Source of the DNA: Cyanobacteria bacterium M_surface_7_m2_037
GTDB taxonomy: Bacteria > Cyanobacteriota > Cyanobacteriia > PCC-6307 > Cyanobiaceae
NCBI GenBank assembly: GCA_016882585.1
Contig: VGPP01000001.1
Coordinates: forward strand, 1-54,054
Length of the DNA: 54,054 bases
Direction: 5' to 3'
Part shown: positions 30,670 to 40,496 of the stretch, one piece after another
Layout of the letters: each line of letters begins with the position of its first letter
Numbering within the stretch: the first letter of the stretch is position 1
Made by a program: the position numbers and the translations under genes
The notes under the pieces: generated by a model
Databases searched by the model: none
Seen by the model: only the letters and a program-made list of their open reading frames with translations
What the model was told of the DNA's origin: nothing

Positions 30670-32865
30670 GTGAGCGATCTGTTCAGCCATCGCGGCGAGC
30701 AGCTGCGCAAGAGCCTGGCCCCGCTCGCCGACCGGATGCGCCCCCGCAGCATCGACGACTTTCAGGGCCAGGAGGAGATCCTCGGGCCGGGACGGTTGCT
30801 GCGGCGGGCGATCACCGCCGATCGCGTCGGCAACCTGATCCTCTACGGCCCGCCCGGTGTGGGCAAGACCACCCTGGCCCGGATCATCGCCGCCAGCACC
30901 CGCGCCCACTTCAGCAGCCTGAACGCGGTGCTGGCAGGCGTGAAAGACCTGCGCGCCGAGGTAGATGAGGCACGGCGGCGTCTTGAGCAGCACGGCCTGC
31001 GCAGCCTGCTGTTCATCGATGAGGTGCATCGCTTCAACAGCGCTCAGCAAGACGCACTGCTTCCCTGGGTGGAAAACGGCACAGTGACGTTGATCGGGGC
31101 CACCACCGAAAACCCGTTCTTCGAGGTGAACAAGGCACTGGTGAGCCGCTCACGCCTGTTCCGCCTGCAACCGCTGCAACCGCGCCATCTGCATCAGCTG
31201 CTGCAACGCGCCCTGCGGGATCCGGACCATGGCTATGGCAACCGCTCGGTGCGGATCAGCGCTGAAGCCGCCGAGCATCTGGTGGATGTGGCCGGCGGCG
31301 ATGCCCGCAGCCTGCTGAATGCCCTCGAGCTGGCCGTGGAGACGAGCGAGCCCGATGGCAACGGTGTGATCGCCATCGATCTGGCCATCGCCGAGGAGTC
31401 GATCCAGCAGCGGGCTGTGCTCTACGACAAGCAGGGCGACGCCCACTTCGACACGATCAGCGCCTTCATCAAATCGCTGCGGGGCAGCGATCCCGATGCC
31501 GCCCTGTTCTGGCTGGCCCGCATGGTGGAGGCCGGCGAAAACCCGCGCTTCATTTTTCGGCGCATGCTGATCTCCGCCGGGGAAGACATCGGCCTCGCCG
31601 ACCCCCAGGCGATGGTGGTGGTGGAGGCCTGTGCCGCGGCCTTTGAACGGGTGGGGCTACCAGAGGGGCTCTATCCCCTGGCCCAGGCGGCGCTGTATCT
31701 CGCCAGCACCGACAAGAGCAACAGCCTGCTCGGGTTCTTTGATGCGCTCAAAAGCTTGAAGGCGAGCAGCCGCCAGGAGGTGCCCGCTCACCTGCGCGAT
31801 GCCAACCGCGATGGCAAGGCCTTCGGCGATGGGGTGGGCTACCGCTACCCCCACGCCTACGCCGAACACTGGGTGGCCCAGCAATACCTGCCATCAACGC
31901 TGCAGGGCCAGGTGTTCTGGCAGCCAGGCCAGTTGGGCTGGGAGGGACAACGGCGCCAGCTGCTGCAGCAACGGCGCGCGGCCCAGCTGGCGGCGGCGGC
32001 GGAACACGAGGCCGAACTCGGGGAGGTGCTCAGCAGCAGCCCGGAGGATCCAGCTCTTGAACGCTGGCTGCAACGCCAACTGGGAAGCAAAGGCGAGCGG
32101 CTCGATGCTCTGCGCAGCCGCCTCTGGGAAGGCGCAACCTGGCGGCGACATGACCGTGTGCTGATCCTAGAGGCCCGTTCGTTGCTCTGGGCACTGGATC
32201 CGTTACAGCACACACCGGAAGGCGGCGTTGTGATTCACACCGCGCACAGCTCCGATGCGGAGCGGTTGCAGGGTCAGCTGCGGGTGCTTGATGCCCTGCA
32301 GCAGCCGCGCGTGCTCTACGGCAAGGCTGCAGACCTCGCTGACACCCTTGAGCCCGGCAGCCTGTTCGAATGGATCGCAGCGAGGCACCCCTTCAAGGAT
32401 CTCAGCGCCAACGCGCTGTCTACTGCCCTGGATTCCTTGGATTGCCTCGCCGCCCCGGATGCCCAACTGCGGCTGCTGTTCAGCCAACCCACCATCGGCC
32501 CAGCCGCTGCCCTGTTGGCGATGGCTGATCTACCCGATGCCCTGCGCCAGCTGCTGGCCCCGCTACCAGCCCTCGAGCAGGCCTGGCTCAGCGCACCTCC
32601 GAATCGAGACCTGTTGCAGGCAGAACTCGAGCGCCGCGGTTGGACGGTGAACTGGCAGCAGTGGCAGGAGCCCCTGGAACTCACGCTCACGGCAGGTGTG
32701 ATCGAGCGCTGGCTGGGCGATGACGCTGCTTACAGGAAGCATCTCAGCGACATCCTCCAGCCCGAGCAGTTGCAATCGCTCCACGAAATGCTCCAACAGC
32801 GGGTCGGCTCTCGCCTACCGCAACAGCTGCAGCATCAGCGGCTCACGGCCCTGCGGAGGCGCTGA
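30670..32865 (+). CDS. rarA: Replication-associated recombination AAA+ ATPase RarA/MgsA with C-terminal extension
   Basis: PLADRMRP, GPPGVGKT, IDEVHRFN, GATTENP, SAFIKSLRGSD, KSNS. Confidence 0.93.
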   Translation: MSDLFSHRGEQLRKSLAPLADRMRPRSIDDFQGQEEILGPGRLLRRAITADRVGNLILYGPPGVGKTTLARIIAASTRAHFSSLNAVLAGVKDLRAEVDEARRRLEQHGLRSLLFIDEVHRFNSAQQDALLPWVENGTVTLIGATTENPFFEVNKALVSRSRLFRLQPLQPRHLHQLLQRALRDPDHGYGNRSVRISAEAAEHLVDVAGGDARSLLNALELAVETSEPDGNGVIAIDLAIAEESIQQRAVLYDKQGDAHFDTISAFIKSLRGSDPDAALFWLARMVEAGENPRFIFRRMLISAGEDIGLADPQAMVVVEACAAAFERVGLPEGLYPLAQAALYLASTDKSNSLLGFFDALKSLKASSRQEVPAHLRDANRDGKAFGDGVGYRYPHAYAEHWVAQQYLPSTLQGQVFWQPGQLGWEGQRRQLLQQRRAAQLAAAAEHEAELGEVLSSSPEDPALERWLQRQLGSKGERLDALRSRLWEGATWRRHDRVLILEARSLLWALDPLQHTPEGGVVIHTAHSSDAERLQGQLRVLDALQQPRVLYGKAADLADTLEPGSLFEWIAARHPFKDLSANALSTALDSLDCLAAPDAQLRLLFSQPTIGPAAALLAMADLPDALRQLLAPLPALEQAWLSAPPNRDLLQAELERRGWTVNWQQWQEPLELTLTAGVIERWLGDDAAYRKHLSDILQPEQLQSLHEMLQQRVGSRLPQQLQHQRLTALRRR

Positions 32866-32908
32866 TACTGAGGAATCACTCCTGTTGATCAGCATCAAGA
32901 CCATCAAC

Positions 32909-32943
32909 AAAAAACCGGCTTCCACCCATGGAGTGAAAGCCGG
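32909..32943 (-). terminator. Rho-independent terminator of the DUF1400-like gene
   Basis: Minus strand CCGGCTTTCAC-loop-GTGGAAGCCGG followed by TTTTTT. Confidence 0.8.
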
Positions 32944-32977
32944 AGAGGGATACAGACAGCGCCAGCTGTCTTGAAGA

Positions 32978-33658
32978 TCACCAGAGACCGCGAACAGCAG
33001 GAGCGGCAGGGGCCGGAGCAGGGGCTTCAGCGGTGTAAGCCGCAATGCAAGCCGGAGTGTTCATGTACCAGCTCAGCAGGGAGGTAGCCCGCTGACTGTT
33101 CGAGGCGTCGCTCACATCGCACACCTTCATGGCGCCCTGCAGACGCTGATCGGTAGACAGATTCGACATCATGCCGTAGCTCGAGAGCTTGCCATCGGCC
33201 GAATCGAGGATGATGGCGCTGCGCACGGCCTGCAGGCTGTGGCTCTGGCTGTAGTAAGGCGTGTAATTGTTCTGCTGAATGCTTTCAGACAGGAACTGTT
33301 CGCCCTTCTCGGAATAGAGGAAGTTGGCCACAGCGACCACATCCACGTCGTATTCCTTCTGCAGGCCAGCCTGCAGCTCATCGCGCGACCAGCCCGACAG
33401 ATCCTTCAGATCCTTGGGAACCGGGTTGTCGATCACCTCCGTGCCACCGAGGGGCAGCAGGGTGTTGGAGCGAACGAAGCCCTGGCTCACGGCGCGGGCC
33501 GTCTGCGTGGGCAGGCCAGGTTGGATGAAGGTGGGAGCGCCGTAGCGCACGCCGGCCTGATCCGAATTGATGGTGGTAGGCCCTTGGGGAATGGCCTGGG
33601 CCGAGAGGCCTGCAAGCAGGACACCAGCGCCAGCCAAGGGGAGGAGAACCTTGCGCAT
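32978..33658 (-). CDS. Secreted protein with DUF1400-like domain
   Basis: Signal peptide ending AQA; VANFLYS.KGE.FL, AVRSAII..SADGKLS; Pro/Ala linker and AVRGLW C-terminus. Confidence 0.65.
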   Translation of the reverse strand: MRKVLLPLAGAGVLLAGLSAQAIPQGPTTINSDQAGVRYGAPTFIQPGLPTQTARAVSQGFVRSNTLLPLGGTEVIDNPVPKDLKDLSGWSRDELQAGLQKEYDVDVVAVANFLYSEKGEQFLSESIQQNNYTPYYSQSHSLQAVRSAIILDSADGKLSSYGMMSNLSTDQRLQGAMKVCDVSDASNSQRATSLLSWYMNTPACIAAYTAEAPAPAPAAPAVRGLW

Positions 33659-33761
33659 GGTTGTGCAGAGGATGACTCTCCCGGTATGGCGAGCGGAAGC
33701 GTCCGCCATGGACCTTCTGCAGGTTGATTTAAGAATCGGTTATCGAAAAACCGGGCAAGCG

Positions 33762-34274
33762 TTAACCGCGCTCGGCAGCCGTGCGCCGTGTGGGCAGCTC
33801 CAGGGCGTTCCACCCCGGCGGGCAATGCAGCGCATCGCGCTCATAGCGGAAGCTGCCGGGTTCGCCGCGGCCGCTGCAGGCCACGCCACGGGGAACGTTG
33901 TCTTCCGCCTGCACCTGGGCCACATAGCGCTCCTCGCCGCCCCGAGGAATCAGCAGCAACTGCACCCGATCGGGCGCTTCGCTGATGCGGGCCTCCATGT
34001 CTTCCGGGGTCTCCAGCCCGAGCACATCGAGATAGCCGGTGAAGCTGCCCCAGAAGTAGCGGGTGATCTGGCCGCCCACAAACTGGCCCAGCGCCTCGCT
34101 CGCCCTGGCGCGGCCATCCTGCAACGCTTCCTGGCTGGCCAGATCCGCCAGAACACGGTCGGTGGAGGCGCCGGTGCGCATGGCCGGTGGAGGCAGCAAG
34201 CGCCATTGGGCAAGCCCGGCCACACCGAACAGGCTCAGCAGAGCCACCACACTGAAGCGCAGGGCCAACGGCAT
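33762..34274 (-). CDS. Hypothetical membrane-anchored protein, weakly pilin G/H-like
   Basis: N-terminal TM, helix ending GQITRYFWGSFT..L..LGL, C-terminal Cys pair with CPPGW. Confidence 0.55.
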   Translation of the reverse strand: MPLALRFSVVALLSLFGVAGLAQWRLLPPPAMRTGASTDRVLADLASQEALQDGRARASEALGQFVGGQITRYFWGSFTGYLDVLGLETPEDMEARISEAPDRVQLLLIPRGGEERYVAQVQAEDNVPRGVACSGRGEPGSFRYERDALHCPPGWNALELPTRRTAAERG

Positions 34275-34321
34275 GGGTGCGGCCTCTTGAGAGGACTGTT
34301 CAGGAGATGAACGCGCGAAAG

Positions 34322-34993
34322 TTAATCCCAGATCGCCTGTTCGGCTGCCTGCCCCACCACGGCGCATAACCAGCCGTTACGCCGCACACACACACTGGGC
34401 GGCTGCCAGCCCTCGAGCTGATGCTCAAGGCGCTGCTGTTCGCTGCACCAATGCCAATGGCGCAGATCGGTGGCGAGGCTGCTGCGCTGCCATTTGATCG
34501 CCGCCTCTTTCCGCACCCAGCTCTCCAGCACCAGCCCCGGGCGCTCCGGCGGGTCTTGGCGCTGCAGCTGCTGCCATTCCCGGGGCGGGAAAAACCGGCG
34601 CGCCAGTAACTCCGCCGCAATCGGGCGCTGCGCCCATTCCAGATCCACCCCGATCGGCCAGGGCGACCAGGCCAGCAGCAGCTGATCGCGGCTATGGCTC
34701 AGGCTCACGGCGCCATAGCCCTCAGCCAGGCCAGGCGCCTCACCGGGCGGACTGTGCAGCGGCACCGCCTCAGGCGGCAGCTCCAGGCACGCGGCCAGGC
34801 GGCAGCGCAACAGATGCCGGCTGGTGCGATAGCGGTGCTGCACCGCAGGCGGCAGCGCAGCGCTCCACGCCAGTTCGGCCTCGCTGAGCGTCCAGGAATC
34901 CTCCGCCCTGAGCGGCAGCAGCCACAGGCGCGGAACCGCCGCCCCGCTCGGACCTCCCCTTAGGCTCCCGCCATTGTGTTGAAGCCCCGCCAT
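34322..34993 (-). CDS. 4'-phosphopantetheinyl transferase, Sfp/HetI type (start uncertain)
   Basis: SLSHS, IGVDLE, WVRKEAAIK. Confidence 0.88.
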   Translation of the reverse strand: MAGLQHNGGSLRGGPSGAAVPRLWLLPLRAEDSWTLSEAELAWSAALPPAVQHRYRTSRHLLRCRLAACLELPPEAVPLHSPPGEAPGLAEGYGAVSLSHSRDQLLLAWSPWPIGVDLEWAQRPIAAELLARRFFPPREWQQLQRQDPPERPGLVLESWVRKEAAIKWQRSSLATDLRHWHWCSEQQRLEHQLEGWQPPSVCVRRNGWLCAVVGQAAEQAIWD

Positions 34994-35459
34994 GGCTCTG
35001 CAGATCGGTGATGCCGCACCCGACTTCACCCTCCCCGATCAAAACGGTGAGCTGGTGAGCCTGGCCGGTTTCAAGGGCCAGCGCGTGGTGATCTACTTCT
35101 ATCCCAAGGACGACACCCCGGGCTGCACCAAAGAAGCCTGCAACTTCCGCGATCAGTGGGCCGCCTTTGAGCAGCACAACATTGCGGTGCTGGGCATCAG
35201 CAAAGACGGCGCCGCCAGCCACAGCAAGTTCATCGGCAAATACGAACTTCCCTTCACCCTGCTCACCGACGCCGAGCCCTGCCCGGTGGCCGAGAGCTTC
35301 GGCAGCTACGGCCTCAAGAAGTTCATGGGCCGCGAATACATGGGCATGATGCGCCACACCTTCGTGGTGGATGCCGAAGGCAAGATCGAAAAGGCCTACA
35401 CCAAGGTGAAGGCGGAAACCATGGCCGACGACATCCTGCGCGATCTGGGCCTGGCCTGA
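34992..35459 (+). CDS. bcp: Peroxiredoxin Q / BCP
   Basis: YFYPKDDTPGCTKEACNFRD. Confidence 0.95.
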   Translation: MALQIGDAAPDFTLPDQNGELVSLAGFKGQRVVIYFYPKDDTPGCTKEACNFRDQWAAFEQHNIAVLGISKDGAASHSKFIGKYELPFTLLTDAEPCPVAESFGSYGLKKFMGREYMGMMRHTFVVDAEGKIEKAYTKVKAETMADDILRDLGLA

Positions 35460-35461
35460 GC

Positions 35462-36148
35462 TCAACGGCGCCACCCCACCGCCGGCAACGCCGCCATGGC
35501 CTCCAGGGCCAGATCCGGTGCATGCGCGGCATCCAGCTGCTGCGTGAGCAGCACTGGCAACACCAACGGGGCGTCGCCGCCGGTGAGCCAGAGGCTGGCG
35601 CCCTCGGCCCGCTCCGCGGCCAGGGCGATCGCTGCAGCCACGGCCCGGCGGCAGCCCTCCACCATCGCCTGATCCGTGGCCTGAGGCCAGGCCGGCGCAA
35701 GCTGATCCAGCTCAGCGCCGGCGCCGTGGAGCTGAGGCAACTGCGCTGTGGAACCACCCAGGGCTTTCAGTTGCAGGGCCAAACCTGCACTGATCAAGCC
35801 ACCTGCAAAACGCCCCTCGGCGCTCACCCGCGTGAGGCTCAAGGCCGTACCGGCATCCGCCACGAGCACAGCCCGCTGCTGCTGCCGCCAGGCCCACCAA
35901 CCCACCAAGGCGCGGTCGATCCCCAGCCAGGGCGGCGCCCCCTCCAGGGGCACATCGGCCAGGGCGAGCTGCCGAGCGGCCAGGGAGGCTGGATGAGCCG
36001 GCACCGGGCCCACCGCAGCCCAGGCCTGAAGATCCTCAGCCTCAAGCCGCTCGGAGGGCGGTGTGTGCCAGCAACGCAAGCCGCCGCCGGTGGCGCCGGG
36101 CTCAGCCCAATGCCAGCGGCTGTTGCCGATCAGCAACAGCCGCGCCAC
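35462..36148 (-). CDS. coaX: Type III pantothenate kinase
   Basis: IGNSR, LGIDR, ADAGTA, GG.I..G, LTGGD. Confidence 0.9.
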   Translation of the reverse strand: MARLLLIGNSRWHWAEPGATGGGLRCWHTPPSERLEAEDLQAWAAVGPVPAHPASLAARQLALADVPLEGAPPWLGIDRALVGWWAWRQQQRAVLVADAGTALSLTRVSAEGRFAGGLISAGLALQLKALGGSTAQLPQLHGAGAELDQLAPAWPQATDQAMVEGCRRAVAAAIALAAERAEGASLWLTGGDAPLVLPVLLTQQLDAAHAPDLALEAMAALPAVGWRR

Positions 36149-36886
36149 TCAGATGCCCTCGCCGGCCATCCCGGGCAGGTGAATGCCGCATTCCTGCTTG
36201 AGGCCCCCAAAACGGGTCGCCCGGCCGCTGATGCCGCCATCGTCGGGGCCACTGGAATGCCAGTCGCCCACCGTGGAGTAGCCCTGCTCAAACAACGGGT
36301 GCTGGGGCAGCCCGTGCTCCTGCATGTAATAAAAAACGTCCTTGTTGGTCCAGGCGAGCAGCGGGCGCAGGGCCCAGCGACCGCGCACCTGGGCCAGTGG
36401 TTGCATGGTGCTGCGGTGATCGGTCTGCCGGCCGCGCACACCGCTGGCCCAGCAGCGCACCGCCAGCGCCTCCAGGGCGCGATCCAGCGGCTCCACCTTG
36501 CGAATGCGGTGGTAGGTCTCCATGTCTTCCACGCGGCCTGTTTCCCAAAGGCGGCCATGCAAGGCCTCCATCCGAGCAGGACTGATCTCCGCCTGGGCCA
36601 CATGCACCTGGAGCCCCAGCAGCTCGATCAGGGTTTCGGCGTAGCGGTAGGTCTCAGGCGGGAGGTAGCCGGTATCCACCCAGATCACAGGCACCGAGCG
36701 CTCCAGCTGACTGATCAGATGCAGCGAAACCGCCGCCTGGATCCCGAAGCTGGTGGTGAGCGCAAAGCCATCACCAAACTGGTTGAGCCCCCAGCGCATC
36801 CGCCCCAGCGCATCAAGAGACTCCAGCGCCTGGCAGCACTGCTGCTCATCCAGCGCGGCTGAGGTGGTGGCCGGTGTGCTCGTCAT
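36149..36886 (-). CDS. cysH: PAPS reductase
   Basis: TSFG, DTGY, RKVEPL, GYSTVGD, ECGIH; lacks the Fe-S cysteines of APS reductase. Confidence 0.93.
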   Translation of the reverse strand: MTSTPATTSAALDEQQCCQALESLDALGRMRWGLNQFGDGFALTTSFGIQAAVSLHLISQLERSVPVIWVDTGYLPPETYRYAETLIELLGLQVHVAQAEISPARMEALHGRLWETGRVEDMETYHRIRKVEPLDRALEALAVRCWASGVRGRQTDHRSTMQPLAQVRGRWALRPLLAWTNKDVFYYMQEHGLPQHPLFEQGYSTVGDWHSSGPDDGGISGRATRFGGLKQECGIHLPGMAGEGI

Positions 36887-36975
36887 CAGCCCATCCTCCA
36901 ATGCCAGGGGAAAGCACTTCCGTGCCCGCAGCTGCTGGTTAGGGTTCGCGCAACACCCACCGCCCGATCGGAACC

Positions 36976-38148
36976 GTGCCGCCAGCCGAGGCCGAACAGC
37001 AACCCGTTGTGGTGGTGGGAGGTGGCTTTGGCGGATTGAGCGCCGCCCTGCAGCTGGCGGCGGCAGCCCCCGACACACCGGTTCTGCTGATCGAACCGCA
37101 GGAGCGCTTCCTGTTTCTGCCCCTGCTCTACGAACTGCTCAGCGAAGAGCTGCGGCGCTGGGAGATCGCACCGCGCTACAGCGAACTGCTGGCCGGCAAA
37201 GGCGTGGTGTGGCTGCAGGATCGAGTGAGCCAGATCAACACCGCCCAACAACAGCTGAGCACCGAGGCTGGGCATCAGCTGCGCTACGCCCAACTGGTGC
37301 TGGCCACCGGCGGCAAACCCACCAGCTATGGCATCCCAGGGGTGGAGGAACACTGCCTCGGCTTCCGCAGCCTGGCGGATGTGGATCGTTTGCAGCAGCT
37401 GGTGGAGCGGCTCAAGCAGCAGCAGCGCCCCCTGCAGCGCCTGGCGATTGTGGGCGCCGGTGCCAGTGGCGTGGAGCTGGCCTGCAAGCTGGCCGATCTG
37501 CTGCAGGGCGCAGCGGTGGTGGAACTGATCGAACAGGGCGAGGAGCTGCTGCCGGCATCCCGCTCCTTCAACAGGGATCAAGCCCGGCAAGCCCTGTTGC
37601 AGCGCGATATCCGCCTGCGCACAGGCACCCGGGTGACGGCCGTCACCGCCACAACGCTCAGCCTCCAGCGGGACAACACCAGCGAAACGCTGAGCTGTGA
37701 TGGGGTGATCTGGACCGGTGGGGTTGTGGGCAGTGTTCCCAGCCTCATGCCAGCGCTCGAGCTCGATCGCCGCGGCCGGCTGTTCTGCCACAGCGATCTG
37801 CGGGTGATCGGCGCCGAGCACCTCTTCGCGATGGGGGATGCGGCCTTCTGCCCCGATACCAGCGGAGAAGCCCATCCCGCCACGGCCCAGGTTGCATACC
37901 AGCAGGCGAGCTGTGTGGCGGCGAATGTGCTGCACCAGCGTCGCGGCGAGGAGCTGGCACCGTTTATCTGGAAGGATCTGGGGGAAATGCTGGGCCTGGG
38001 CATCGGCCAGGCCACCCTCACCGGCATGGGGATCACCCTGGCGGGCCCTGCAGCGTTCCAACTGCGGCGCCTGGCCTACCTGGCCCGGATGCCGGGGCTG
38101 CAGCATCAGCTGCGCGTGGCCGGTGGTTGGCTGGCCGATTGGTTCTGA
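36976..38148 (+). CDS. Type II NAD(P)H dehydrogenase family (NdbB/NDC1-like)
   Basis: GGGFGG, F.PLLYE, GAGASGVELA, GD, TAQVAYQQA. Confidence 0.85.
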   Translation: MPPAEAEQQPVVVVGGGFGGLSAALQLAAAAPDTPVLLIEPQERFLFLPLLYELLSEELRRWEIAPRYSELLAGKGVVWLQDRVSQINTAQQQLSTEAGHQLRYAQLVLATGGKPTSYGIPGVEEHCLGFRSLADVDRLQQLVERLKQQQRPLQRLAIVGAGASGVELACKLADLLQGAAVVELIEQGEELLPASRSFNRDQARQALLQRDIRLRTGTRVTAVTATTLSLQRDNTSETLSCDGVIWTGGVVGSVPSLMPALELDRRGRLFCHSDLRVIGAEHLFAMGDAAFCPDTSGEAHPATAQVAYQQASCVAANVLHQRRGEELAPFIWKDLGEMLGLGIGQATLTGMGITLAGPAAFQLRRLAYLARMPGLQHQLRVAGGWLADWF

Positions 38149-38166
38149 CGCATCACCTCACCATCG

Positions 38167-38808
38167 ATGACCGACGCGCGCCGACCCGAGGGCTTGCTGC
38201 TCGATGCGATGGGCACCTTGATCGGCCTGCGCCGCTCCGTGGGCAGCACCTATGCGGCCTTTGCCGCCGAATACGGGCTGAGCGTGGAGGCTGCCGCGAT
38301 CAATGCCACCTTCCCCAAGCTGTTTAAGGCGGCACCACCGCTGGCCTTCCCAGGGCTCGAGGGCACTGCCCTGCTGGAGGCCGAGCAGGCCTGGTGGGTG
38401 GAGCTGATCGCCGGCTGCCTTCGCGCCTGCGGCCATGAAGGCCCCTTGCCTGAGGGCTTGGGCCCCGCACTGTTTGCCCACTACGCCAGCGCCGATCCCT
38501 GGCAGGTGTATCCCGACGTGGCGGATCATCTGCAGCGCTGGAGCGCCGCAGGACTGAAGCTGGCGGTGGTGAGCAACTTTGATCAACGGCTGCACGCGCT
38601 GCTGGAGCAGCTGGAGCTGGCGCCATGGCTGGATGCGGTAGTGGTGTCGTCGGCGGTGGGAGCGGCCAAGCCCGATCCGCGCCCGTTCCAGCGGGCACTG
38701 GAGCTACTGCAGTTGCCAGCGGCGGCGGCTTGGCACATCGGCGATAGCCCCGAGGATGAAGCCGGCGCCCGGGCAGCCGGCCTGCACTGCGTGCTGATCG
38801 AGCGTTGA
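38167..38808 (+). CDS. HAD-IA family hydrolase
   Basis: LDAMGTL, SNFD, KPDP, HIGDS..D. Confidence 0.88.
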   Translation: MTDARRPEGLLLDAMGTLIGLRRSVGSTYAAFAAEYGLSVEAAAINATFPKLFKAAPPLAFPGLEGTALLEAEQAWWVELIAGCLRACGHEGPLPEGLGPALFAHYASADPWQVYPDVADHLQRWSAAGLKLAVVSNFDQRLHALLEQLELAPWLDAVVVSSAVGAAKPDPRPFQRALELLQLPAAAAWHIGDSPEDEAGARAAGLHCVLIER

Positions 38809-40442
38809 AGCAAACCGCCCTGCTGGGCCGCACGGCCGGTCTGCGTCCTGCCCAGAGCCGGCGCCTGGAGCGCCTCAGCCACCGGCGCCACCCGGAGGCT
38901 TTTGGGGCCGATCTGCTCACCCTGCAACGGCTGGCGGCCGAAAGCACCGAGCTGGAGCTGCCCCTCAGCCTGGTGATCGATGGCCGCGGCCTCTGCCGCC
39001 TGCTGTGGGTGGGGCCGCTGGAGCAATCGGGCCGGCTGCTGGAGCGGCTTCCAGGGGGGCCGCGCCGCCAGGGCAGCGACCTGCGCCTGATCACCTGCGT
39101 GGGCCGGGCCAAGCAGCTCGAACCCCACGGCAGTGAAGCGGTGGTGGGCCTGGATCTCGATCCCCAGCTGTGGCTGCGCTACGGCCAACAACCGGGCGCC
39201 GGTGGTTTCTGGGCGGCAGCGGCTTACCTGCCCGGCGGCGATCCCAGCCATCCCTGGCAGCAGCAGCACGAGGCCGATCTCAGTGAGCTGTGCCAGTGGA
39301 TCCCACCGGAGCGGCAAGCGCCGCCGCAAGCAGCGATCAAGCCCAGCGGCCTCGAGCAGGTGCTGCTGCTGGTGCTGAGCCCCTCCGACCCTGAAACAGC
39401 CCGGCGTGAGATCGCCGAACTCGAAGGGCTGGTACGCAGCGCCGGCTCGCTGCCGGTGGGGCTGGTGGTGCAACGCAAGGCGTCAGGCTCACCGCAAACA
39501 CTCTGGGGTGAAGGCAAGCTGCGCGAAGCCGCCCTGGAGGCACGGCGGCTCGGGGCATCGCTGGTGGTGACCGATCGCGAACTCACCCCCGCCCAGGCCC
39601 GCAACCTGGAACACCTGCTGGATCTGCCCGTGAGCGATCGCAGCGAACTGATCCTCGACATCTTTGCCCAGCGGGCCGCCAGCGGCGCCGGGCGCCTTCA
39701 GGTGGAACTGGCGCAACTGCGCTACCGGCTGCCCCGGCTGGTGGGCCGCGGCTTGAGCCTTTCGCGCCAGGGCGGCGGCATCGGCACCCGCGGCCCCGGT
39801 GAAACCCAGCTGGAAAAGGATCGGCGCGCCATCGCCCGCCGCATCGACAAGCTGCAGCGCGACGTGCAGAAGCTGCGGGAGCACCGGGCCCGCATCCGCA
39901 GCAGCCGCCACGGCCTGCAGCGCTTTGCTCTGGTGGGTTACACCAACGCCGGCAAGAGCTCCCTGCTCAATGCCCTGAGCAAGCCGGCTGCCGGCGAGGC
40001 GGTGCTGGCGGAGAACAAGCTCTTCGCCACGCTCGATCCCACCACCCGCCGCATCAGCCGGCCCAACCCCACAGGCGGGCCGCCCCAAACCCTGCTGCTC
40101 ACCGACACGGTGGGCTTCATCCGCGCCCTGCCACCGCCGCTGGTGGAAGCCTTCCGCTCCACCCTGGAGGAAACCCTGGAAGCCGATCAGCTGCTGCTGG
40201 TGGTGGATCTCTCCGATCCGGGCTGGGTGGAACAACTGAACACCGTGCACACCATCCTCGATGAGCTGGGCAGCGACACCCCGCGCCGGCTGATCGGCAA
40301 CCAGATCGATCGCTGCCCGGCCAGCGCCGTGGAGCAGGCGCGCAAGCTCGATCCCCAGGCGCTGTTCGTATCCGCCACAGCAGGCCTGGGCCTGGAGGGG
40401 TTGCGCGCATGGTTGTTCAGCGAACAGCCATCACTGGGTTGA
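38805..40442 (+). CDS. hflX: GTPase HflX (long cyanobacterial form)
   Basis: ILDIFAQRA, RGPGETQLE, GYTNAGKS, LFATLDPT, DTVGF. Confidence 0.95.
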   Translation: MKQTALLGRTAGLRPAQSRRLERLSHRRHPEAFGADLLTLQRLAAESTELELPLSLVIDGRGLCRLLWVGPLEQSGRLLERLPGGPRRQGSDLRLITCVGRAKQLEPHGSEAVVGLDLDPQLWLRYGQQPGAGGFWAAAAYLPGGDPSHPWQQQHEADLSELCQWIPPERQAPPQAAIKPSGLEQVLLLVLSPSDPETARREIAELEGLVRSAGSLPVGLVVQRKASGSPQTLWGEGKLREAALEARRLGASLVVTDRELTPAQARNLEHLLDLPVSDRSELILDIFAQRAASGAGRLQVELAQLRYRLPRLVGRGLSLSRQGGGIGTRGPGETQLEKDRRAIARRIDKLQRDVQKLREHRARIRSSRHGLQRFALVGYTNAGKSSLLNALSKPAAGEAVLAENKLFATLDPTTRRISRPNPTGGPPQTLLLTDTVGFIRALPPPLVEAFRSTLEETLEADQLLLVVDLSDPGWVEQLNTVHTILDELGSDTPRRLIGNQIDRCPASAVEQARKLDPQALFVSATAGLGLEGLRAWLFSEQPSLG

Positions 40443-40496
40443 CGTCAGTTCAGACCCTGGCTATGGCAGCATCTGGCCTCAAATCAACCCAGCTCC

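Noticed and set aside
40439-40467. TTGACG-N17-TATGGC promoter for the 1-Cys peroxiredoxin
   Set aside because: The -35 box and spacing are good, but the -10 lacks its final T; too weak to call without TSS data.
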